Shown one piece after another: positions 11,767 to 22,922 of a stretch of DNA of 64,000 bases; within the stretch, counting starts at the first letter, position 1; each line of letters starts with the position of its first letter. The notes beneath the pieces are model-generated. The model did not search any database, was not told where the DNA came from, and was given only the letters and a program-made list of their open reading frames with translations. The DNA comes from Cladosporium halotolerans (lineage: Eukaryota), in contig NW_027191485.1 in the NCBI RefSeq assembly GCF_011745625.1, forward strand, positions 186,001-250,000. The letters are read 5' to 3'. The translations under genes and the position numbers were made by a program.

Positions 11767-14700
11767 TTAGACCTTGCCCTCGTCGTCGTCGTCCTCGAAG
11801 AAGCTGATGATGCCGCGCACGCCGCTGGGCCCGAGGCCGTGGGGTGGGTAGCAGACTATCGATGTGCGTCAGTATTCTGGCTTGGTGGTGGTGACGGAGG
11901 GAGAGATGCAAAAACTTACCATACACCGGATCCGGCTGCGCGCCCAGCTTCTCTCTGAACTCGCTCTTGTTGATGAGGTGCAAGTCGTTGGCGATGGCGT
12001 GGTAGGCCTTGCTGAGGACCTTGACGCGCGTGCCCTTGAGGTTGTGACCGGGCGTGAAGCTGCTGGAGGCGCCGCTGCCGAAGGTGACGCTCGTCGCGCC
12101 AGCGACGCCGACAGCCTTGAGCGCGTGGATGATGGTCGCCTCGATGGCGCCGGAGGGCGCGCCGGGGAAGTCGAGCGCGAACTTGACCTGCCAGCCGTGC
12201 TCGGGCGCCAGCTGCGCCATGATGACGAAGCAGGCGACGTCGCCCTCCTTCGTTACGGCGTAGTGGTACTGCCTGTGCTCCATGTCCTGCCAGGGGTGCA
12301 CGTCTGTCAGGTGCACCTGCTTGCCCTTGGTCTTGCGGCTGTCGAGCCAGTCCTGGATGCGCTTGTCGACCTTCTGCTTAAGGTCGTCGGGGAAGGTCGC
12401 GCCGATCGCGATGTCGTGGATCTTGATGCCCTCCTTCTCTGCGTGGCGGACCTTGCGCTGCACCTCGGGGTCCTTGGCGCCCTTGATGTCGTTGGGGTCC
12501 ACGCGCTGCTCAGCGGCGACGGAGAACGTGCGCCAGTCGAACCTGGTTGCGAGCACCTCCTGCGTGGCACCACCGCAGAGCAGCCACAGGGGCTTGATCT
12601 TGCGGTCCCTCTTGATGTAACGCAGGTAGGCAGAGACGGTCTTAGTGTACTGGGTCTCGTGACAAAGAGGGTCACCAATGGTCATAGCGAAGCCTTCGTG
12701 CTGCACGAAACCAACAGCCGCACCAGTCTGAGGATCCCGCCAGTGCTCGAACTTCGGCTCGAGCCACGAAGTGTTGGACGCATCGCCGTAGTTGGCAATA
12801 AGCTTCTCGATCGGCTGAAGGGCAATGCCCGCAAGAGCACGGTCCTTGCCAGACCAGGGCGGGTGGAGGGTGCTGGCGTCGGGGTGTCTGAGCTGAGCGA
12901 TAGGCTTCTTCTCCGGAAGAGAGCGAGGGTCTCTGGCGAACATGGTGGCGTGTCTGATGTCACCGAGCTTCAGCATCAACATGAGAATACGCTCCATGCC
13001 GATACCTCCACCGCCGTGCGGCGGCGCGCCCCACTCGAAGCCCTCCATGTACTCCTCCATGGAGCTGGGGTCCATCTTGAGCTTCTCCATTTTCGCAATG
13101 AGGGTGTCCGCGTCGTGGATACGCTGTCCACCAGACAGAATCTCCTGGCCACGGACGAAAATGTCGAAAGAGTTGGTCACCTTGGGGTTGTAAGGATCTT
13201 CCATAGCGTAGAAAGGACGTGCGGAGGTAGGGAATTTGTCGAGAACGTAGTAGTCGGTACCGAGCTTCTCCTTGATCACCTTACCAAGCTGGATCTCGTC
13301 CCTAGTGCCGAGATCCTCATCCTCGGGCAGAGGGTTGCCGTGGTCGTCTCTCCAGCCAGACTCATTCAGCATGCGAATACCCTCCGCGAAGGGAATGATG
13401 GGAGTCTCCTCAAGCCACACCAGGTCCTCAGAGGGGAAGTGGTGCTTGACAATCTCGACCTCCTCGCGGTAGTTTGTATACACATAACTGAAGATGGCCT
13501 TGAAAGTGCTGTCAAGGAGGCGGAGGACTTCGTGGTAGTGCTCGTCAATAGCCATCTCCAGATCCAAGCCAGTGAACTCGGTCAAGTGACGGTGGGTGTT
13601 GCTGTTTTCGGCGCGGAAGACCGGACCGATCTCAAAGACCTTCTTGAAGTCTGATGCGATGGCCATCTGCTTGCCAAGCTGTGGCGACTGCGCCAGGAAA
13701 GCCGGTCTGTTGAAGTAGTTGACCTTGAAGACGCTGGCGCCGGACTCGGATGCAGAGGCCTGCAGTTTGGGTGTGTGAATCTCTATGAAGCCCTCGCCGT
13801 GCAAGTGAGCACGGAATGCCTGGCAGACGGCAGATTGGATTCTGAAAACGCTCTGGGCTGCGGTTGTGCGCAGGTCAATGATGCGGCCATTCTGCCTGGC
13901 GCGATCAGAGATGACTCTGCGGTTGTCATCCTCGCGCGCGACATCCTGCTTGGAGACTTCTGCCTCGTGGACAGTGAAGGGAAGAGGCTGCACGGGCTTG
14001 CCCTCAACGTGCAGCTCGTGAATGTGGACCTCCACGTTCTTGATGGTGCAGCTCTCGACCTCGCCGGACTTCGCCTTGGGTTCCTGGACAACGCCAACAA
14101 CCTTGACGATAGTCTCGACGTGAAGGTGCTCTGCCCAGTACAGGAAATGTGCGGAGATGCTTCCGTGCTCTTGCAAGATGCCCTGAATGGTAGCAGTCTG
14201 TTGCCTCAGCTCAACGAACATGAGATGAGCACTGAGCTTGCGAATGTTGTGAAGTCTGGCGCGGAAGACGACGACCTGACCTGCCATGTCGGGGCTCAAT
14301 TTGCGAATGTCAATGCGGTGGTCTCCAGGCATGTCGCCGGCGTAGTTGTTGACCGGGAGCACACCATATTTAGATCTTTGCTCGTCCGTCTCCTCAGCGG
14401 CAGCCTTTGCCTCAACTTCTTCCTTGCGCTTCTGCTCGGCGGCCACACGCTCCTCGACCTCCAGCTTGTGCTTCTCACGCTCTGCCTGGCGTTCGTGTTT
14501 CCGCGCTTGGCCGCGGCTGATGGGCTGGCCATCTCTGTTCAGTGGGAGGTCCTCCGTCGAGGAGCGAGAGTCGGAGGAGCTGCCGCGGACTTTCCTCCTC
14601 AGAAGGCCCAATGGGCTGTGGGTGGCGCGAGGACGGTGGTGGTGGTCGACGGAGTTGCGGGGCCTGCTGTCGAGGGAGGCCCGGTGCGTCCTATCGGTGG

Positions 14701-14944
14701 CGGTGGAGCCGCGAGGGTGATCGAGAGACTGGCGGAGCCTGTCGATAGAGCCGCGGGGCGTTGTGGCGCCGCCGGACGAGTTGGTGCCGTTGGTCTTGGA
14801 GGAAAAGCCGGTGGAGGTCTTGCTGACGCCGCCACTGGCATTGCTCTCGGCGTCGCTCTGCTGCGCGCTGTTGCTTCGGTCCTGCGAACGCGAGCGGCTG
14901 TGGCTAGGCTTGAGCGACTCGAAGGCCTTCTTGAGGGACGACAT
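11767..14944 (-). CDS. erdS: Aspartyl-tRNA synthetase fused to a DUF2156 aminoacyl-tRNA transferase domain (ergosteryl-aspartate synthase)
   Basis: OB-fold plus class IIb motifs (FLAQSPQL, GPVFRAENSNTHRHLTEFTGLD, PPHGGGGIGMER), followed by a ~330-aa domain with IGDPLC, DFPGAPSGAIE, VTFG, KSEFREK. Last intron near 11857-11918 gives C-terminus VCYPPHGLGPSGVRGIISFFEDDDDEGKV. Confidence 0.88.
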
Positions 14945-17684
14945 GGCGAATGTGGTGTGGTGCGGGTTCGCGCAGCCAAGCTTCAAGGACAAGCTGGTGC
15001 CGCAGCGGTGGGATGAGGAGGGTATGTAAGAGGAAGGCGGCGGGGAAAGGCGTGGTCAAGGCCGGCGACAGTCGGGCCAGGGTGCACGGCGAAGATCCGA
15101 ACCGACGTCAGGTGTGGCTCGCCGGCGATGAGCAAGCAACGAGGGCGATTAGGAGGTGCAGCCGGACTCTGCGGGCGTCTTATGTCACCGGGCGAGGAGG
15201 AGCTGGTGGGCGAGGGCGCGGTGGCAGCGGCCAATGGGAAGCAGCAGGAAGGCGGGCGCGCACGGGCGGGCGTGGATGGGAGCGATGAGGGTGGGCTCGG
15301 ATGCCGATGCTAGACGGACCGGACGCTGCTGGGCTCTGCGAAAAGAGGGCCGCTGAGGACTGCTAACGCTGCCGACGCTGGTTTATCACAATTCCATGTC
15401 GCAGGCTATCTGTAGGTAGGTATGCTGCTGCACGGACATGCACGACAACACAAGACAACATGTTGTGCCCGCGGAGCGTCATCGCAGCGCGTGTTTCCTG
15501 CTGCCGCTCGCTTGCTGCCCGCCCACAACCTGCGTGTCCAAGATAGCGCAGCCCAAGACACCACACACGCACACAAGCTCTGCCTGCCCGCAGAAGCCAA
15601 GTCCTCGCGTCTGTCGCTCGCCTGTCCTCCCAGACTCCACTCTTCAATCCGCCTGCATCTGCCTGCTTCTCCTGATCTCGCGTCACCCAAACGTCAGAAT
15701 GCCATGGGCCATCCTTCTCGCGACCTTAGACCGACCACTACCGCCGACGGTGCCATCGCCCGTCGCCGTCACCACCTGCATGTCCTACACCCTCTGTTGA
15801 TCACGAGAGTGGTGAATTCTCGTTGCGGATTTTGCTCACTCACGCCACCCGGATGCATAATCAACATTCTCTGCTCTGCCGGCAGCCTGCAGACTCCGGC
15901 TTCCGAGCAGCCGGGCTTCTCTCCATGCCCGCGAACCAACCAAGCTTCCCCCTGTCCCGATACCTCTCGTCGAAACAAGCAGCGTGACCATTATAACCTC
16001 TCTCGGCGCTAAGTAAGCACGCCGGTGAACCCGCAGCAAGCGGAGCGACGGCTCCTGCAGAACCGCGCCCTTTGCTGGGTCCCCCAGCCCTGAATATTAT
16101 AGTATTGGAGGCTAGACGTGGTCGCGCCCACAGGGCTGGCGTGGGCTGGCTGCTAGCGAAGCCAAGTGACGCGGGCGTGCATCGCAGATCCGCCCTACTG
16201 TTCATTTCGTGACAACGCCAGACCTCGATGCTCGTGTTCTTCGAGAGAACCCCGTCGGCAACGGCGGGTTCGGCAGTGGTCTTTGTGGGCGTCGGCGACC
16301 GAACGACTCGCGAGACATACTTAGGACCCTCGATTCTACACAATCATCGATGGTGTGGAAGCCATGCAGCCATGTTGCCGTGATCGCGTCTTTGTCTGAG
16401 CTTCTTTTCGTCATATTGCTCGGCTCATGAATTGTTACACCATGGGGGTCGATTTAAGTAAAGCGATCTGCGACACATGACGTACGAATTTGTCTCGCTA
16501 CTTGCTTTCCGCCACGACAGTTCAAGAGTTGTGGCGTCACGTTGAGACAGAAAGCAAGCTGTCAAGCCACATGCTTGTTTTCGACGGCCTGATCTTCACA
16601 GCATGGATGAAGTGGAGCGCACAAATACATAGACGAGGCTTGGAGCCGACTTGGTAGCTCTTCCCGGCTCACTCCCTGAGCACCCGTTAGTCTAAGCATT
16701 TCTAACGGAGGGGTTGCAGCTTCACGTGAAATATCCTCGAGAGCAGTTGAAGTGTACACCCATAGACCTTGACTCGGCCTATGTCACCTTCTTTTGCAGT
16801 GATGGGATCTAATGTTCACTTCTCCCCAGATGCGGATTGCACTCCGGGACATGTGTATCATCACGTCAAACGAAGGATTTGAACAAATTCGAGGAAGCGT
16901 TGTCGCAGATTGTCAGAGTTCCATTCGACTTGTCAACCCTCATCGTGAGGGATCTCTCCTAGTATGTCTGATCAACCAATCGATAGATGTTTATCCAGAA
17001 ACTTCAAAAGAGTCTACCTGCCTCCAAGTCCCTTCCCCATCTGTGCGTGGTGGTCAAGTCTATGACACGGACTTAAGGGCGTAAAACCCGGCACAAGCTC
17101 CACGCCTGCTGGTCGCGCGCAGAAAAAGGGCTGCGCATTGCACGCAGTGCGGCCGCATTCGCGGTATTGACTCATCGTTGCGGCTCCTTCGCCCTACGAG
17201 GCACGCAAAATCGACCTGTGAGAGGCGAGACTGAGGCAGAGAAGGCTGGTACTGTAGCTTGGCGGGCGTCAGTCTGGCCCCTCGTTTGGTCGCGCTTCGA
17301 GGGCTTACGAAAGAGGTCACCGCCGACGCACCTTCAGCTGAACGCTGCCCTACCTTGCCTTACTGCCTGGTCGCACAATCTTCACATACACGCGCCGTGA
17401 CCGCTGAACTTCTTGCGCCCGTGTACGCTCGACACCAGACACTGCACTTCCACATCCAGCCCGCCCAAGCGATCATTTCACACTGCATCATTGCAGGCGG
17501 TCGACGTAAACCAACCCACGGAAACACCCGCTGAGACAGTCCGCATTGCGATTGCGCCGACACTGCAGAGAAAGATAGGTCGTGAGCGCTTTGGTGCGCA
17601 TCATAGCCATCGTGTCGGAAGATCTCTCTTGCTGTGCATACAGCAACGCACGCCCTGCCTGACCAACTCCATCCTCTGTCCACC

Positions 17685-20531
17685 ATGCCGGCAAACCAGC
17701 CAACACCGCCTTCCTCCACATCCTCAAACGGCGCATCGCCCGACAACCAACAGTTCCGCGTAGTGCGGAAACGCAATCGCATACCGCTCTCATGCGGACC
17801 ATGCAGACACCGCAAGCTGAAATGCAACCGCGGCCACCCTTGCGACAACTGCACGAAGCGCGGCGATACCGCTTCATGTAGCTATGCGTCGCCGAAGAAC
17901 AAAAAGCAGGGCTCCGGCGGCGGCGCCAACCAGACGCCGGATGACATGCAGAACCGCATTGACCGCCTCGAGGGATTGGTGCTTTCGCTCATGACGAATG
18001 GAGGGCCGGCTGATGGCGCAGCAGCTGCGCGTGCGGCAATCAATTCGAGCAGAAGCAATAGCCTTAGCACGGCCTCGGATTTGAAGCTTGACGTAGAGGG
18101 CAGTGATATGATACAAGAAGAGAACGAGAACGGAGAAGAGGACAGCGAGGTGGAGCAGGTCTCCAAAGGCATTGGCATTATGAAGGTGGACAACGGCAAG
18201 GCCATATTTGCCTCCGACGCGCACTGGTATGCCATCATGGCGGAGATCGGCGAGGTGAAGAGATATTTTGAGAGTCACAAGGACGATTACACAAGGCATC
18301 TTGCCAAAGTTCAAGCGATACGGGCGAGCGATAATCCTAGCACCGCTTTCCTGCTTTCAGGGCCGCCCGCGAAGGACAAGGACGAACTTCTGGCAGCCTT
18401 CCCGTCAAAAGCGGACAGCGATCGGTTGATCGCGCGATATTTCAACGCATACGACCCTTCAGTGCACATCATCCACGGGCCTTCATTCCAGAAGCAGTAC
18501 GATGCGCATTGGATGAATCCTAGTGCAACTTCTCCGGTTTGGCTGGGCTTGTGCTACGCGATGATGACGCTGGCCCTTCAATCATATCACCGAGCAGGCG
18601 ACGAGCCGCCCGAATATCGCGGGAGAGCCCTCGAGATATCACATGAGCATAGGCTTCTGACTGCGCAATGTATTTTGTTGGCCGACATCACGCAACCTAT
18701 CGCACAGCTGCTGGAAACTATCGTCTTGCATGTGCAAGCAGAATATGGGCGTAGCAGGGACGCAGAGTCCAGCGTCCTACTCTTGACTAGCATCTGCGTA
18801 CGTCTAGCGATGCGTATGGGCTACCACCGCGATCCTGCACCCCATGCCAGCATCACACCTTTCATGGGCGAAATGCGCCGAAGAGTGTGGACTTTCATCC
18901 GACAGCTGGACCTCTTGATTTCCTTCCAATTCGGCATGCCTTCAATGGTACGATCCGACCACATCGATACTCAACCGCCTCGCAACCTCTACGATGACGA
19001 GCTTAACGAGGACACGAAAGTGCTACCGCCGTCGAGGCCCTCGTTCGAAGCTACTCCCATGACTTATATGATCGCGAAGTCGAGGATCACATTCACTTTT
19101 GGCCAAATCGTTGAGAGGACACAGTCATTGACAAACCCGCCTTCTTACGAAGAGACGATGAGTTTCGATCAGCAGCTTCGCGATATCCGCGCAAGCCATC
19201 CGCCGCTATTGCAAATGCGTCCCTTCCAAGAATCTGCCCGCGACCCTGCAAATCTCATCATGCAACGCATAGGACTCGAGCTGGTCTACTTGCGCTCCCT
19301 TTTCGTTTTGCACAGACGGTTCATCGCCAGGGGCAGAGACAACCCTCGATACGCGTATTCCCGTCGAACTTGTATCGACGCCTCACTGGAAATGCTCGCC
19401 CACCAAGCAACACTACACGAAGAGGCCCAACCCGGCGGCCGCCTCCGCAGCGTAAAATGGTACATCTCCTCCCTCACAACCCACGACTTCCTCCTCGCCG
19501 CCGCAAACGTCTGCATGGACCTCTTCCACGGCTGCGAGGCCGAGCGCCGCAACAAATCCGCCTCCGGCCCCTCATCCCCAACCTCCCCCGCCGACGGCCA
19601 CGCCGAGGACCGCCGCGCGAACATGATGGCCGCCGTCGAGCGCTGCATCGCCATCTGGGAGAGCGTGCGCGAGGACAGCATGGAGGCCTACAAGGCCTCC
19701 GTCGCCCTCCGCGTCATGGTCGACAAGCTCAAGGCCCACCAGGCCGTCATGCAGCAGCGCCAGCAGCACCAGCAGGTCCAGGTCCAGGCGCAGCAGCAAC
19801 AACAGCAGCCCGCCTCCGCCACGAATCCCTCGCTGCAGCAGCGCTTCCCCTCCCAGCAGCCCCAGACCCCCTACGCCATGTTTCCCCCGAACGCCGCCAT
19901 GACCTCTTTCGGCAAGGCAGACGACGACCTCCCGCCCGAGCAGAGCGCCGCCATGACCCTAGGCATGCTCTCCAGCGGCGGCCTGTCGCCCAATTTCGGC
20001 TTGGGCGGCGCCGGCGCCGGCGCCGCTGCTCCCACGACCCAGCCTATGGACGGCAAAGGCGGCTTCCCGGCTAGCATGGCGGGCCTGCTCAACGAGCCGA
20101 TGCAGGGCGAGCGCTCGGGGCTGACGCCGCAGTTCTCGGGGCCGGAGATGGGCGGCATGGGGCTCAGTGGCGCGGGCAGTCCGTTCAGTCAGATGTTTGG
20201 CGGTGGGGGCATGGGTGGGATGGAGGGGATGGGGGCGGATATCGATTGGGTATGTTGTTTTCATCCCTTGGACTACGTGGATTGGGAAGTGAAGTGATGC
20301 TGACGACTGTTTACTTTCTTCCAGGGCGCGTGGGACTCCTACATCCAGGGCACGGGCGCCAACAGCATGGATCCCAATTTGTCGATCTGGCCGATGAACC
20401 TCGATCTTTCGCAGATGGATCAGATTCCTCAGCAGCAGCAGCAACAGGCGCAAGGACAGGGGCAAGGGCAGAGCGGTTCTGGCGCTGGGGTGTTTATGGG
20501 TTCTAGCGGCGATGCGCCGAATATGATGTGA
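17685..20531 (+). CDS. Zn(II)2Cys6 transcription factor with fungal-specific TF domain, 2 exons
   Basis: SCGPCRHRKLKCNRGHPCDNCTKRGDTASCSY; middle homology region with EMRRRVW; Q-rich C-terminus. Intron at about 20250-20324. Confidence 0.9.
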
Positions 20532-21457
20532 TTTGGGTGTTTGTAGTATTGAGGGATCTGGTATGATTGTCACGAGTAATGATTTGGCGTTCGTTTGAGT
20601 AGGGCGTTGCGAGAAAGGGTGCTTGCACATGTCCGCTCGCAATGGATTTGTGCATGGATGGGAAACGGGGCACCGATTCTACTCATTTGCTGTTCGATAG
20701 TTTTGGATGTATCATACTATCTTTTCGTGTGTGTAAATGTTATGCAGTGCTCGGCTCAATCGTTGTGCAAGTCACTAGTTATTGACGTTTCGCCAATGAG
20801 ACGTGCCTCGCTGGCTCGCTGGTCTCTAGCCTTTCCTGGTTGCTCGTCACATTGTTCATCGATCAATGAGCGTCTTTGAATACGTCCTCTCTCAAGGGCG
20901 GACCTGCACAATTCGAGACGAGTGCGGCTGGTATGAGCTCACGGGTTATGATCGGAACAGTGAGACTACTATACTCCCATCATTGTTTGTTCGTGCTCAA
21001 TTGCAGGCGCGCATGTGAACGATAACCATGTTTGTCCAGCCAGCTATGCTCTCATCGATGCCAACGCGTGCTATCGTAAGCTGGAGGTCACATATTTCGT
21101 TCTGGAATGGTAGATATGAGGTGGGACTGAATCTCATCTCGCAGCTAACATTGATGGGCGTGGTTGAAAATGTGTCGGTACTTTGGGTCATGGCTCGCCG
21201 TCGGTGCGCACTTCTCAGCACGGCTGCTCCCGACGCCCGCTGTTCGGCGCGTTCAGACGTAAGTGAAGTCCGATATCGGTTCCTTCGCAAGGAAAAATGC
21301 AACGGCTGTGCTTACGATACCAGTAATCGATCAGGCGTTGAAAGCGACTCGAATATGGTCGGGAAAACGGTGAAAAAAATGTAAGGGACATCACTTTCGG
21401 CTACACCTCGCCCTGGGGCTGATACGCACTCGGACAACGACATGAGATGATTTGACC

Positions 21458-21467
21458 AAAACAAAAA
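21458..21467 (-). terminator. Pol III oligo-T terminator of the tRNA-Ser gene
   Basis: Minus strand TTTTTGTTTT just downstream of the discriminator base. Confidence 0.7.
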
Positions 21468-21474
21468 GATTTTT

Positions 21475-21610
21475 CGACACCTGTGTGATTCGAACACACG
21501 CTCCCGAAGGAATTGCCTTAGCAGGGCAACGCGTTAACCACTCCGCTGGGATCGTTGTTAGTGATTGAGTGGAGAAGATGGATACTGGGTGCTTGCTTAC
21601 CCAAAGTGCC
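21475..21610 (-). tRNA. tRNA-Ser(GCU) interrupted by a 55-nt spliceosomal-type intron (21546-21600) between tRNA positions 10 and 11
   Basis: Joined sequence GGCACTT TG GCG GAGTGGTTAA CGC G TTGCC CTGCTAA GGCAA TTCCTTCGGGAG C GTGTG TTCGAAT CACAC AGGTGTC G folds as a full cloverleaf with long variable arm and G discriminator. T5 run 8 nt downstream. Confidence 0.9.
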
Positions 21611-21645
21611 ATGTGTTATTGTTACACTGCTTGCCACTCAATAAC

Positions 21646-21652
21646 ATATATA
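21646..21652 (-). promoter_or_regulatory. TATA-like element upstream of the tRNA-Ser gene
   Basis: TATATAT 36-42 nt upstream of the mature tRNA 5' end. Confidence 0.4.
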
Positions 21653-22922
21653 GTTTTACAAAAAACGGTGAGTCTGCCCTCGTTACCAGCATTCGTGATA
21701 CCAGAGAATATCGCCGAAACATAATGGTCTGCCTATGACAATATTGAGTCAGGATCGAATTTCCAGGTCTGAAATTCGTGGTGTGGCTCGGGCTCGGCGA
21801 CCGAGCTCTTCGTTTGCCCTCAGTCCTCTCCACCTTCGACCGTCTGGGATGGGATAACGCTTGAATGAGCTATACATATGCTATATTACATGAAGCTCAC
21901 ACGATATTATTCCAAGAACTTGCCATTGGGAACGGCATTGCTGACGATGTTACCTTCTGGCAGGCCGACGTCCAACTCTCTGAGCAGGGTGTTCCAAGCG
22001 CTATTGGAGAATCACACAGGAGGAGAGAATCAGAGCTGGGGACGGCATGGGCCTCTTCAGATACGCTCATTGTCAGTACCTTCAGGGTGTCTCGAATTTG
22101 AACGGTTGTTTCGCTAGTATAGTCTCCGTCCGTCACAGTTGATACTCGAGACCATTGAGATCGGAACGATTGGTATCGAATATCTATCACTTGCTTTCGA
22201 TGCCCTCAGGTCTGAAGCTATCACAACTCGCCTCATGTGACAGCGGAGTCAATCGTCACGAGGGGAAATCACGTTCTTGTGCCCAATGTTCTTGGATTGA
22301 ATCAAGCTTAGCGAGAGTGGCGACGGGTATGTATAGTTGAGCCATGGCGTTCTTGGACTTGTCGTAGCTATCGTACGTGAAGTCCCATGTCAACGCAACG
22401 AGAGCGTCAACACACAAAGATTGCTGTGAGATCCAACTTGAAGTCGCCATATGCATGCTGTCAAGATCCGTCGAGATACATTGCATAGTTTTTCAGACAA
22501 TCCGAGAAGCTCCGTAAGAGGCTATCACCACTTCTTTGCCTCCTTTTGATCACACATGGATGAGTGCTGTGTTGCCTGCGAGCTTGGAAGTAACCCCAAC
22601 CCCAACCCTAACGCGTGCCATAGCCCCAACCCTAACCCGAAGATGGTATTTGAGGATTGACACTCCACGACCTGAATATATCTGCATTGAACAGGTAGAG
22701 CAAGAACAAGAGAATTAACGACATACATCCACCTCCAGAGTGTCCCACATTTTCCAGCTGTTAATGATGCGACGAGATCACAACCTCCCCAGACGTCACG
22801 GGATTTCGCGTCGCGCTTTACGCTAAAGCCAAAGTGGACCCTTCTTTTCCCAGTTCATGACGATTGCGCAGGCAGCGACCGCAGCGATACCATAGATCCG
22901 ATCATCGTCAACACACAATGCA

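Noticed and set aside
11864..15016. Long plus-strand ORFs (596 and 413 aa) opposite ErdS
   Set aside because: Antisense shadows from GC3-biased codon usage; the same pattern occurs opposite many genes in this window.
21391..21833. Short minus-strand ORFs joined by the 21546-21600 intron as a protein-coding gene
   Set aside because: No recognisable protein or ATG start; the flanks are fully explained by a tRNA cloverleaf whose D-stem forms only after intron removal.
22590..22640. Telomere-like CCCTAA/CCCCAA repeats (possible telomerase RNA template or interstitial telomere)
   Set aside because: Only two perfect CCCTAA units, and just ~300 nt upstream of SNM1 on the same strand, leaving little room for a long fungal telomerase RNA; a similar C-rich tract occurs near 55661.
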